Shown in pieces: positions 21,401 through 34,343 of a DNA stretch of 64,000 nucleotides (position 1 is its first letter; the number at the start of each line of letters is the position of its first letter). This stretch comes from Azolla caroliniana. Taxonomy: Eukaryota; Plantae; Polypodiophyta. The stretch covers positions 7,378,001 through 7,442,000 of the forward strand of contig JBHGNT010000008.1 of NCBI GenBank assembly GCA_043228905.1. The letters run 5' to 3'. Made by a program: the position numbers and the translations under genes. The notes beneath the pieces are model-generated. The model was not told the DNA's origin. It saw nothing but the letters and a program-made list of their open reading frames with translations, and ran no database searches.

Positions 21401-24136
21401 TAACTCTCGGATTGCATCTTTATCCGGTTCTGCTTCGGGCTCTTCCGGCTGCGGTAAGTATGGTGCTACTGCTTCGGCAATGTCAATTTCAAAGAGGGGT
21501 ACGATCTTCGGGTTTTCCTGCAAGTACTGAGCTTCTTCTTCGTCAGCTAACCCTTCTAGCATGTTGACGCACTCTGCATACAATGGTGTACATTCCTTGC
21601 CAGTGCTCGTCCTTGGTTGTGTTGGTACCCATACCTTGGCTTTTCCTCGCCAGAAGGTAATTATATTTTTCCTCCAATTTTGTTTGATATGTGTCGTTTT
21701 CAACCACGGCCGCCCCAGCAATAGCGGGTATGCGCCTTGTGCCTGTAATTGTAGCACTACTGTCGAGATGTGAAATGTATGACCGCCAACGGTGACTTCT
21801 AATTTTCGTATTAATCCTGTCGGCCGCACTGAGCTTGTATCGGCCATCCGTAACCAGAACGGACACGACTCCCACTCGTGGATTCCCAGGGCATCACACG
21901 TCCGGAGGCTTATTACATTCACCCCGGAGCCTCCATCTATTACTGTGTCGGGGAGTTCTTTCCCTTTTATAATGGAAGTAATTACCGGACTGTTGGTGTC
22001 CACCATCGTTGGTCCCTCCTCTGGATTCGAGAAGAGTACCAGTGCCAGTGATGATTCTCCTTCTGTCATGGCTGTCTTCAGTCCTTCTGTGAATCTAGGC
22101 ACGAGCTGTAGGAGTCAGCGTAATCTGGCATTCTTGCAACGCCTGCCATGTCTCGTTCTCGGAGTACCTGCTGCCGGCAAGCCCTACGGTGTTCTCCTTT
22201 TGCCGTTGTAAGTCTATGACATTTTGCTCATTTGCTTTCTTCACCCATTCCGTCGCTTGCTTCTGGATGGTCTCCTGCGTCTCCCATTCCTTGGCCATGC
22301 CCTTCGACCTTGTGGTCACCTGCTGCAGATCTGCCACTTTAGGGACTACCATATTTACTGTCGGTCGTTTGTCATAGCTCTTCGTCGGGCATTGATTTCC
22401 TATCGGCAGTAGTAGCAGTAGGCTTTCCGGGTATTGTTGGATTCGGCATTGTCTGTTGTACCCGAGGCAGGTCCCGTGGTAAGCGCGGGGTTTTGGGCCA
22501 GTTGGCTGCTTGAAGCTCCTTGTTCCGGATCCCGTGGGTAGCCGCCTTTTTTGAAATGCCATTTTTTGTTATAGTTCTTCTTATTGTGGTACTCTTGACG
22601 AGGTTGGTCGTTATATCTGCCGTATTCCTCCCGTTGCTGACGATACCCGGGGGAGTGCTCCCGGTCGTAATGTTCATATCGTCTATTGTAATCCCGGTAC
22701 CGATCATATCTATCATGCCGGTCATAGTTATCCCGCCGATCACCGTACCGGACATCCTGTGCCGATCGGTCGCGGTCCATTCACCGCCAGCGTTCCTCTT
22801 CTTCATCCCGGCTGCTGCATGGCTCTATTTGTCGGACGGGCAGTGCTTGCCAGTTCAATAGATTATACTCGCACCTATCCGTCGTATGGCCCTTGGATTG
22901 ACAGATTACACATTGCGTCCTCATAGTGCATTCTAGTGCCGAGTGTCCGGAATTCAAGCAGGTTGTGCACTGTATTGCTTGCCGAAACCGGAGGTCTTCA
23001 TCGGATGGTAACGCCCGTTGGAGTGCTCCCAGTGTGAGCCAGGAGCTTGTCTTTTCCATCTCTCTCACCCGGTCAATGACCTGGTCGATGGTACTTGCGC
23101 GGAAGTCAATTACCGTGCAAACCGTGCGTAGGGGTTCCTGGAGCGCATTTAGGAATATAGTCCATAATTCCTCCTCCGGGGGTGCGCGGGCAAGCTGACT
23201 ATGCATCCGTTGAAACCGGATGACAAACTGGAGAAAGCTCTCCCCTGACTCCTGTCGGATGGTATAAAATAAGCCCACCATTACTGTCTGGTCCACCTCC
23301 TTTTGGAAAAAATGCAAGAATTTAGCTTTTAAATCTACAAAGGTGGTGATGGTAGACGGGTCCTGCGTCCGGCGCCATCTTGCTGCCGGTCCCTCCAATG
23401 TGACGCCAAATTCCGCTATTTTAGAGCGTTCCTCTTCCTCTGGGGTCAATCGTTGGGACACATGGTTTGCTTCCCATGTCTGTTCAAAGGCGTGAACATG
23501 AGCTTCCGCGTCCGGATCATCTCTATACTTGGAGTACTGGAACGGCATGTCGTCGTCCGGTATCGGTGCGTAGGCTGGCGGTGTTGGTGGTCGTTCCTGG
23601 TTTTTCTCTGGCGTCGGTGGTCTTTCCTGATTTATTTCCGACGTCGGTGGTCTTTCCTCTTCTTTTGGTGACGGCTGCCTCTCCTCCTCAACTTCCGGTG
23701 TCGGAGGTCGCTCTTCCTCTGCTGGTTCCGGAGGTTCCAGCCTTAGCACTTCTGGTTCCGGTGTCGGTAAGGTGTCTGATCCTTCGTTCTCCGGTCCGCC
23801 CGGGGTTTCGTTGCTGCTACGGTAGTTCGTGTGCACGTTGTATTCTCCTTCGGAATCTGATTCATACGCTGAAAAGGCTTCTGCTTCGCCTTCTCCGTTT
23901 GCCAACGCCTGGAGAAGGGATTTGGTTTCCCGGAGGCTGCTTAGGCTGCTGCCGTCGTCCGGGTGCGATGTTTGCTGTAACCAGAGGGAGTCCTCCGCTA
24001 CTCTCCGGATTACATTGGAAAACGAGCGATCCGCTCTAATTTCCTGCGCCGCTTGCTGGAAAGCCTCACGTCTCCTTTGCTTTTCGGCAAGGTGTCGAGT
24101 TCGATCTGTAACCAGGTCGTGCGTTGATCTAGTCAT
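18417..24136 (-). pseudogene. Degenerate gag-pol of element C
   Basis: Gag with CCHC knuckles (22781-24136); protease VIDGGSGVN and LLLGRPWL (21155-22102); RT CVDYRKLN, FLDGFSGYNQI, FLDD; RNase H YYASRKLS...EREAL; integrase H-GH...CDLC, DYCTKWVEA, YPQANGLAE. Several stops and frameshifts. Confidence 0.92.
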
Positions 24137-24189
24137 CCATCCGTGCCGTCGTTCGCTACAAAAACAAGAATCGTGGTCGCCAAAAACTG

Positions 24190-24626
24190 TGTTAACTCTT
24201 AGGGCCGGACAATGGCCTAACACAGGGTGTCTACGGAAGACACTTCACCAAAGGGGTGTTACGGCAAGAGGATTATGCTTCAACGATTAATCCGCCTTAA
24301 TTAGGTTACTTAGCAAGATCGTCCTTAATGATCACACGCGTAAGATATAACGATGAATGCAGAACGGCAATTAACACACAGAGAGATAAAAACATTAAGC
24401 TTTATTAATTAACCGTTGCTCATTACATTGTATCCGGGCCTTTAAATAGGTTTCCGGTCTGTAGTACAAAACGGTGCCATCTGCACCTATTCGGGATCGG
24501 TCCGGATTCGGAACAGCATACCGATTCCGGTCCGTCCGTCCACACTAATAGCTTACTTACAACCATTCCTAATAATTAATTAACTCCTCCGTTTCCCACT
24601 CTGGACTCCTTTGTCGGCCGGTAACA
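24190..24626 (-). repeat. 5' LTR of element C
   Basis: Direct repeat of 5354-5790; PBS TGGCGACCACGA at 24171-24182 on the minus strand. Confidence 0.95.
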
Positions 24627-26109
24627 AGGGAAAACAATTTTTTTAATGTGTAACTAATACATACTTGGATGAGGCTTGAACTAGTGGTGTGTTGTAGCTA
24701 TGAAGGTGCAATGTCGATATCAGAGTTTTTGTGTTGTTACGAGAGCTTCGTCTACGTTCGTGCTCAGAGTGCTTCGTCTGTTTGGATTTCAAACTCAAAC
24801 TCAAGATTAACAGGAATGTGGTGACATTCAAATCGAGTTTAGATGAGGGCACTGTTGCCCAAGTTCCACTACGTTAGAAACCAAAGTCCAAATCTTTTAG
24901 TATTCTCATAAATTAAATGACATGTATTTAACGAATAAAGCATAAAATTTCGTAAATGATCCTTATGATTTGCCCACAAAAAACTAGCTAAACAAATAGC
25001 TAAATAGTTATGGCCATTTTAGCAGCTAATTCGCTATAATAGTGTTTCCACTCGCATGCTTTTACCCTCTAGTATCCGTGCCCACGCAGGTATTGGTGCT
25101 TGTTCATTCAACAAACATGATGATTAGATAGAGACATCAAGATTAAACTCAATAAAGCCAACCATATAACCTAAAATAACCTTTAAACACACACTCCATC
25201 AAAATCTTCTTATTTGCAATGCTACATGCAATGTTCTTTACTGCCTATGTCGTGGGTCACTTGAAAGCCTTGATACACTAAACCTGAAGTCAAGCAGGAA
25301 GTAGTAGAAGTTGCCAAAATCCGTGTCCATCTTGTGAGCACCATCACTGAAACAATGAAGATAAGGTGCTCAAGGTGAGGGATGTCTTTGTTGCAACTTA
25401 GAAGAACGCAAATGAATATTACCAACAAGCTTGTTAGAGAGCGATATCTCTCTCACTCTCTCAAGCTCACTCTCATAGACAATAGGGTAATGGATATAGA
25501 CAAGAGTAATGAATATGTTTATTAACCCTCTTTGCTAAGAGGTCTTGCACCAACAAGGGAGAGAGATTAGTGTTCTCTAACTAAACACCTCACTAATCTC
25601 TCTTAAGCTTAAAGGTTACAAGAAGGAGGAGAGGAAGCTCTAGCTCTTAATCAATAGGGAGATCTTTACAAATGGAGGAACCCCTCTAAAGCCACCACCA
25701 TGTGGTTTATATATCATTTATGTTTAGAGTATGGACCTTTCACACTTGGATCTCCTTTAGCCCTTTCTCCTCTTCATAAGTCCTTTAGCCATACTACGTC
25801 CTTGTTGATGCGCTCTTCTTCATGAGTAGTCGTGGTGCAATCCAACAACTTAAACACCATAATTGTTGTCAATCATACCCTTATTATCATTGTCAATGAT
25901 TTTATGAAAACCCTCATTATTTACACTCACGTGAAAACTAACACCATCCTCATTCACCCAAAAACTAATATTGTGACTATCACAAACCCCATTAATCTTA
26001 ACGTATCTTTTTTTACCATGCAAAGAGTTGCAACATCATAATTTTTAATATTACAATACCATTATGAGGACTAAGGTATTTTGTACTTAGTTCTTATGTA
26101 AATAGACAT

Positions 26110-29100
26110 TTGACTAAGCTTTAATGATCATATATGCAAACAAAGTGTTCAATACAATCATTCTTTCTCCAACTTCCCAATGTAAGAAGGGGACAAACAA
26201 AAAGGAATGAAGGCTCTCTCTCTCTCTCTAACCGCTCTTCTAGCGATGAAAAAGATCCGAACCAATTTGGGAAGTTACTCCTACAAATGTGCAATAGTAT
26301 CAGATTGCTTATTGCAAATGGTATTTCCTTATGGCCCAACACTAATGGTTTTACATGTAGAAAACACAACGGAAATAGTGTGATTGACTATATGCTACTT
26401 TCCGAAGGTATTTTGGATTGTATACATGAATTCTCACTTGGTGAATGGACACCAGAATCCGATCATAGGCCTTTATGTATTGATCTCAAATGTATGCATA
26501 GGTTTGATTGTGAGAAGGCTATTGAAGATAATAAACAACCACACTTGAGCATGAACCTTAAGCGAGCGCCCATGTATTCCAAGATGGTTGAGGATATGTT
26601 ATAAATGACAAAGATACAACATGGTGCCACACTACAATGCAAATGGGAAGCTTTCAAGAAAGTCATTCTCTCCTGTACAAACAAATGTTTTTCGACCAAC
26701 TGCACATCTTGGAAATGCACCAAGAAACTTAGGAAAAAATGGTTTGATAAAGAATGTTGTGAAGCTCAAAAGTGCCTTATGGTTTTTGATGTAGTTAAGG
26801 ATAAAGAGAATTACCAAAAGCATTTGCATGAGTATAAAAGGTTTATTCAAAGAAAGAGAACAATATGGGAAGTTACTCGACAATTTATCCAAACGCAAGA
26901 GAACGCACATGCATGTGCTAAATTTTGGGGAAATCTAAAAGGGAACGTTGTCGCGGAAATCCACGCCTGCAGGTTAGTTGAAAGGGACCGCCGGGGTCTT
27001 TGACTAGGGAGGATGAATTGGGTGACTTGTGCTTGAATCGGTCATTTAGGTTTATCGTCGGGTCATTCTTTGTTGTTGAAGACACTTGTGTGGGTTGGAC
27101 ACCACTTAATGCAGTTGAGAGCGAGGAGCGAGAGAGAAGCGGAATGAGAAAGTATTTAATATCGATAGGTAGGTAGATAGTTAGAGACGAACGGATGGAA
27201 ATTCCAATTTCGGGTTTGAACCCTTGACTTCAATTTCGAGAAACAAGACACATCACCAATAAGATAACTAGGTTTTTTTCTCATTAATATCTTGATTTAG
27301 TACATAGTTTGATTCCCTACATAAATTGATTGATTCCCTTCTCTTTTCTTTTTTCCCCTTTATATTGATGCCCCCATGCATATGATGCATGTCAGGGTGC
27401 AAGACATGCATACAATGTATGTAATGCATGAAATGCATGCGAGCATGTTTGCCACTTGGTGCTCATGCATTGTGTGTGATGCATGATGTCCATGTCCCTC
27501 ATCGAAGCTATGAGAATTTACATGTGAAAAATATAATGGAAAATACAACTTTTAAAGAAATGACTTGGCTTAGTGGTAAATCAATTGTGATATGTAAGAT
27601 TGTCCCTCCTTGTGGGGGAGTCGGCCGGAAAGCCGAAACGAGATTCGGTTGGCCGAAATCGACAAAAAAGCTGAAATGAGAGTCGGTTGGCCGAAATCGA
27701 CCAAAAATAACCGAAATGGGATTCGATCAAATGAAAGTCAGCCATATAGAAGTTCAAACGAATATACACATACATATATATACATAGTCATGACATATAT
27801 ATATATATGTGAGATAAGTTAGTATATATAGAGAGAGAGTCGTATTAGCTGCATATATATGTGGGATAACTCACTGAGGAAAAAAAACAGTGAGAGAAGC
27901 GTGAAAGTGAACCCTTCTCGGTTATCTCCTTTCCACGTGATTTTCTCACCGTTGCCGAAAATCTTCACAACAACGTGTTGAGAGTTATGATGACTTAACT
28001 CTTCACGACTTGTCTATGCATTTTAAGAATTTATATGAGTTATCTCTTGCCAGAAAGATGATGTGTTATGGTTCTCTTTCACATATGTCGCTCTTCTTTA
28101 CAATTGAAGATATATACATAGGACTTAAGAAATTGACCTCTCAAAAGACAAGTGATCTTCAATGTATAAAGGCTGAAATGCTCAAATGGACGGGAAAGAA
28201 GCACATGGATGGATAAGTGATATGTTTAATGATGCATTGCAACATGGTATGTCGTACGATTGGACTACAAATTGGATCAAACCTTTACATAAAGATGGAG
28301 ATGTAAATAATGTAAACAAATATCGAACCATCATGGTTGGCTCATTAATGGAAAAACTATTTGGATGTATAATGGATTCAAAGATAAGTGTATGGGCTGA
28401 AAAAAATGGTAAGAGAGCTCATAGACAAGCTGGCTTTCGAAAACACCATTGATCACCTTATCACCCTTCGAGTATTAATGGAGGAAAGTCGCCTTAGAGG
28501 TAAAGGTTTATATTGTTGCTTTGTAGACTTCAAGAAAGCTTTTGATATGGTACCTCGTGAGCATCTTTGGAGGTGAATGGAAGAACTTGAGGTGTCAAGT
28601 GAATATATGCTTGCAATTTCCCGAATTTATGAGAAGTTTATATGTTGTGTGTGTATGAGAGATAAACTTTCAGATTTTTTCAAAAGCATTATTGGTGTTA
28701 AGTAAGGATGCCCACTCTCACCAGCATTATTTGGTCTATGAATTGATGAATTGGAAGAAATGGTTACCAAGTTTGCAAACGAAGAATGTGTTGAAGAAGT
28801 TGCCATTGGGAATGTTGTGATTATGCTTTTGTTATATGTAGATGATGTAGTGCTTTTTGCAAATACTTTAGGAGATGCACAAAAGCTTATGAAGGCATTG
28901 GAAAAAAAGTGCATGCATACTAAATTAAGTGTCAATAGCTCTAAAACAAAGATTATGCTTGTGAAGAGCCAAAAAAGAGATAACCCATGCGTTATGTACA
29001 ACAATGAGCCACTTGAATGTGTGGAAAGCTTCAAATATCTTGGCCTTGAAGTTCCTTCAAATCATAGATGGAATGAATGTGCTACACGCCGCTTAGAGAC

Positions 29101-30114
29101 GGGTAAGCGAGCATACTATGCATTTGAGAACACATGCAATCTTGGAGATATAAAGTGTTGGGTCCTCAAGAAATATCTTTTTGACACTTTGGTGACACTG
29201 GTTCTTCTCTATGGGTTGGAAGTATGGGGTGGTAGCATCCCTAAATCTATGTGGAAAGAGTTTTAAAATGTCCAAAAACATTTTCTTACAAAGTTTCTAC
29301 AAGTTAAGAAACAAACGCCCTACACCCTCCTCCTCCTTGAGACAAGATCGCTTCCCATTGAGATCATGGCCATGGAAAGGGTTGTTGAATACATGCTTAA
29401 GGTTCAAAAAAGTCCCTCACATCGACTTCCTAGAATTGCATGGGAAGCAAGCAAAAAGATCTAAAAGATGCATAAAAGCAAAATTTTGTGTTCCATTTGG
29501 ATGCAAGATATAGAAAAATGGTTTGGTAGATGGGATGCGAGACACTTGCTTCATGATGCATCTCTAGTTTTCTTTGTAAATGAGGCCTTTTTGCAACGCC
29601 AATGTATCATGACATGGGACAAATGTGGAGGCTCACACTTCACACATTATACTACACATGTTGCACCTAACTACAAAACCATATTCTTTGCGGAATGGGG
29701 AAACCGTACACATCGATACATGTTAGAACCCATACCATTATCTGCCATTTGAACCATTGCTTCCATGCGACTTAGCTTCCATGCATTGCGATGTGAGACA
29801 GGGCGTTGGGGCACAAGTGATGAGAGTGGTCGGTTATGCACACTTTGCCCTAAACAAGTTCGCGAGTCTGAGTATCACACTTTGATATAATGCTCTGCAT
29901 TTGATCATATTCGACCATGCTTTCCACATCTCTTCAATCGAGCCCAATCCTTGCATGAATCCCTCTCACAACCACAATGTGCACTCTCGATTGCAACATT
30001 CATTGGCAAAGTTCTTGAACATCGAGAGTCACTACTCACTTTCACATGTATCACGTGAAATGTAATATTTTTGGTCTCATAGGTCATATTTGACCTCCGA
30101 AGATGAATCATAAT

Positions 30115-30118
<4 letters not shown>
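26110..30118 (+). mobile_element. 5'-truncated, degenerate non-LTR retrotransposon (RTEX-like LINE), interrupted by a solo LTR
   Basis: APE endonuclease C-terminus (NQFGKLLL, SVIDY, SDHRPL); RT (FVDFKKAFD, GCPLSP, LYVDD, FKYLG); C-terminal RLSFHALRCETGRW...CTLC...EYH...C motif; ends at a (TC)n tract. Confidence 0.85.
26949..27972. mobile_element. Solo LTR (1024 bp) inserted into the LINE
   Basis: TGTCGCG...CACAACA termini; 4-bp TSD ACGT at 26945-26948 and 27973-27976; LINE coding sequence resumes immediately after it. Confidence 0.85.

Positions 30119-30202
<84 letters not shown>
30119..30202. repeat. (TC)n microsatellite at the LINE 3' end
   Basis: About 40 perfect TC units. Confidence 0.95.
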
Positions 30203-30207
<5 letters not shown>

Positions 30208-30879
30208 AACACAACATTATATTTATAAATGTGTGTAAAAAACACTACTTACAATGGGTGTTGCAATGGAGTATGACTAATTGCACGGGTAGTGGAACGT
30301 GTTGAATTGCCAATAGGCAAGACGAACAACCCATTGAGGAACGAATTTCCACTTGCTTTAATAAAGAAAATTGCCACATTAGTACTCCCTTCAACTTTCG
30401 TAGATATGCTTTGACTCCATGCCGACCATCAAATACAAAAGCATTGTGCATATCCTAACTACGAAGCAATCCCCAATACCTCAAAAATAGGAAAAAAAAA
30501 TCATCCCTAATTTTGGGTTGACATGTGTGAATTGTGCAAATACCCACTATCTTGACATCAAACACCAAATTTGAGAAATGTAACTCCAAATCTAACAAGC
30601 AATCGAATATTGTATGAATCGAAAATACTATCTTCCACTTTAATAGTGCAAAAGAAGCAATTGCCCATTACTAGTCCATGTCACTTTAGAGCTAATCCCA
30701 AAGGCAAACCCCCACCTCTCTATTACTTTGGAATGGAAGTGTTTGCTCACCAGAAAGTGTAGAACAATTTGCAATCCCTTGAGTTAAAATGAATTGGAAA
30801 AAGATTGAAGAGTGTGCACATATTAATTAAATGTATTTATGAAGAAGTGAAGAATTGAACGATTACTATGGTTAGGGAT

Positions 30880-31716
30880 GCTACCCCCATCCTTCTTGAG
30901 ATAAGATCAGTTCCCATTTATATTATGGCTATGGAAAGGGTTGTCAAATACATGCTCAAGGTTCAAAAAGTCCCTCACATCAACTTCCTAGAATCGTATA
31001 AGAAGCAAGCAATAAGATCCAAAAGATACATAATAAAAAATTGTGTTTCAATTGGAAGCAAGATATATAGAAAAATGGTTTGGAGTATGGGATGTAATGC
31101 AACATGCTTGCTTCATGATGTGTCAATAGATTCCTCTATGAATGAGGCCCTTTTTGCAATGCCAATATACCATGACATGGGAAAAATGTGGAGGCTCACG
31201 ATTCGCACATTATACTACATATGTTGCACCTAACTACAAAACCACATTCTTCCTCAAACAGGTAAACCACACACTTCAATACATGTGAGATCCCATCATG
31301 TTGTCTAGCATTCGGACCATTGCTTCCATGAGAATTAGTTCACATTCACTACAATGTGAGACGTGATATTGGGGCACATGTGATTAGAGCAGTCAATTAT
31401 GCACATTTTTCCCTAAACAAATTCAAGAGTTTGAGTACCACACTTTGATACAATGCTCTGCCCTTTATCACATTCAACTATGCTTTCCACACACATGTTC
31501 AGCCAAACCCAATTCCTACAAGAATTTCTCTCACGGTCAAAGTGTGCACTCTTGATTGCAACATTCCTTAGTAAAGTTCTTGAACATCAAGAGTCTAGAC
31601 TCACTTTCACATGTATTACATGAAAATATTATCTTTATTGTCTTATCTAGGTCATCTTTGACCTCCAAAGGCAATAATAAAATCTATTTGTTTATCGATA
31701 TCACACACACACACAT
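30880..31716 (+). mobile_element. Second, more degenerate 3' fragment of the RTEX-like LINE
   Basis: Colinear with ~29320-30110 (MAMERVVKYMLKVQK, GCACCTAACTACAAAACCA); ends in (AC)n. Confidence 0.85.
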
Positions 31717-32871
31717 TCTTCTAAGATTAGTTAGTCAACTAGTAACTCTTCTAACCCTCTTAGCCGACCTATCATTAGAGTAGAGTTGTGCTCCTCTTGT
31801 ATTGCCATTAGTAGAGTGTGCTCTTAATTGGATGTTGTAACATCTCAATGTTGCCATACAAGGGTAACATTTAATCAACTCTTTTTAACTTTTTGTTTGT
31901 CGACTCTATTTTATCTTATGGTATTAAGTTTGTATGGTAAGTGCTCTACTAATCGTAAGTCATTAGGATTTTCATTTTTTAACAAAGTTCAATCAACACA
32001 TGCCTCAACTGCCCTCCACTGACTATTTATTATTGATTGCTATTTATTGGTGTCCACCATAAACTATACATACGTAATTGGGTACAATGCATGGTAGAAT
32101 CCTTAGTCGTTTTACCACAAATATCAACAAAAAATTGTTTAAATGAATATTAACATTAGTTTTACGTTATCAAAATTCTTTTTAGTATCAATATCGACAA
32201 ATAAGACAATGTATGAGATTGTCGAGGAAGTAATGAATGTTGACAAAGTGTTATTGGGAAATGAGGTGATATTGCAGAAGCCCAATTACGGTTTGATAAG
32301 CTTGGGCAAGAGAGTACCATCTCAACTTTTGAGAATGTGCTAGGACATTTAGGAAGAGTTGGGCCCTAACAATGAATTGCGGCAACGAATACAAGATGGG
32401 GCGAAGGAAATAGTAGTGGAGTGTGATTTGAAGGCATCCCAAGTCTCTCAACTCCCTTAGGCATTTGCATCACATTATACTTTTATTGTATCTTGTTTGG
32501 TATAACATCTCTTGGATGTCTACAAACAACTTCCATATGGCATCCAAGACATGATTAAAACCTTGTTATGGCCGATATTTTCAAGAGCTTGGAAGGAGCG
32601 ATGGCGGGAGCGCGAGCAGCAGAACGGGGCGCGCAAACAGGGCGAGCAGGAGCAGGCGCATGCGCAGGTGAACGATGAAGAACACGCGCGTTGTCCACCA
32701 GAGCAGGAGCAGGAGCACAACGCCAGTTGTTGTCCAGGTACTCCCACACCCACAATCCTCCCTCCCTCCCCCAACCAGAAAACGCACATTAATTAATTAA
32801 TTAAAAAACCCACAAAACAAAGGGGGGAGGGAAGACCGACATATATAGCCTCGCAAGACACATAACTCGCT

Positions 32872-34279
32872 ATGGAGGGAGGAATCGAGCTTCCACCAGC
32901 GACCATTTTGCTTGATGAAGAAGGTGGATCAGATCTCGACATTACGTTGTCCCCTGAGGCCAACCGTTTCTTATCGGAGGAAATCGAACGTCTACGGCGT
33001 ACCTCCTTCATATGTAGGTTTCTAGCAGGTAGACCAAGTCGGGGAATGGTTCGGGACATGTTCCAGGTGGCTGTGATGGAGAACATGCCTGTGATCAAGA
33101 GTGTTAGGGGTTTAGGGAAAAATTCTTCCACATCGAATTAGGTAATGGCTCGCTGGCGCAACCATTGGTCGAGCTCAAGGTACTCGAACTGAAGTACGGC
33201 AAGGTGTTGGTCCAGCCATGGTCACCAGGGTTCAATCCAATTGAAGAGTTACGGAAACTCAACAACCCTAGGGTGATCATCGCAACATTTCCCGGCCTCC
33301 CTCCTCATTTGTGCCATCTGCTCCCTCTTTTTGGTGAACAAATAGGGAAATAGGGATGATATGTCCTCAAAAAGTGTCAATGGCAGACATAGTTGCGGAG
33401 GTGCCCAAGTTGCGCATCTTGGTGCCTTCCCTCCATGGACTTCCATCAAGGATTAGACTCTACTTTAAGGAGCTAGGTCTCACAGTGGTGAAAGTGGTTT
33501 ACGAGGGACTCCCGGGGCAGTGTTTCATTTGCAAACAGACAGGACACCTAGCTAAGGCATGTCCTCGCAAGACTGGAAAGGGAAGCTCGGGACCTCGACC
33601 CTCGGGCAAAGTCGGGACAACCAAGGGTGACGAGGCTCCTTGGATACCCGTTAAGAAGAAGGGGAAACTTGGAGGCCTAGGTGCATCCTCTTCCACCCTT
33701 TTTCATGACCACCCCTTTGAAAGAAGTCCCGCTACCTTGTCACCAACAAGCGCGGACGAGCAACCCTTGAAACGGGTAAAGATCCTCTCCGGGAGTGTCG
33801 ATGCACCCGACCTACAGGTGAGAGCTACCAACAGATTTACACTTCTTCAAGGGTTAGGGGATGGCGACCCAGAAGCGTTGGCAACAATGTTGTCCCCATG
33901 CGACTCCTCATGCCTTCCCCCACGAGAGCCTGAACTTGTGTTCTCTACCCCGATGGAGATGCAACCCCAACTCGTATCGTCCACCCAGGAAGAGAAGTTG
34001 GCAAAGCCCCCCCTCCCGCTGGAACGTGAATGTGGTAGTGGCCTCAGATTAGTGAAATCGTGGATCCGGACGGGCAAGCTCAAGGACAAGGGAAAGGGTA
34101 AGATAGGCCGACCAACACCTGGTTTGGCGACGACTCTCTTAGATAGAGGGATGCAAGAGGTGCCACCGCTTCGGAGCACAAATGTATCGCGGGATCTATT
34201 TGAAGCGGGCCGGGAACGACCGGTTGAAAATCCCACAGGGGATTTGCAGCCAGCTGTGGAGACCATACCCCCGAAATAG
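32872..34279 (+). pseudogene. L1 ORF1 (DUF4283-like region plus CCHC zinc knuckle), disrupted
   Basis: ICRFLAGRP, VQPWSPGFNP, CFICKQTGHLAKAC; frameshift near 33120 and stop at 33351. Confidence 0.85.
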
Positions 34280-34343
34280 GTGTTAGGTTGCCCCATAACA
34301 TGGGGATCGGCCCGAACATGGGCGTCAACATCACCGCTTTCGG

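Larger units (their letters stand above)
5354..24626 (-). mobile_element. Element C: Ty3/gypsy non-chromovirus (Athila/Tat/OTA-like) LTR retrotransposon, degenerate, interrupted by element D
   Basis: 437-bp LTRs at 5354-5790 and 24190-24626 (TG...CA, about 17 mismatches counted by eye). 5-bp TSD AGGGA at 5349-5353 and 24627-24631. tRNA-Arg PBS at 24171-24182. Domain order gag-PR-RT-RH-INT. Confidence 0.95.

Noticed and set aside
25072-25105. Possible Helitron 3' end (CCGTGC...GCAGG...CTTG)
   Set aside because: Imperfect hairpin, no CTRR terminus, and no 5' end identified.
25220-25830. Possible decayed LTR/gag fragment
   Set aside because: No second LTR, TSD, clear PBS or protein motif could be established.
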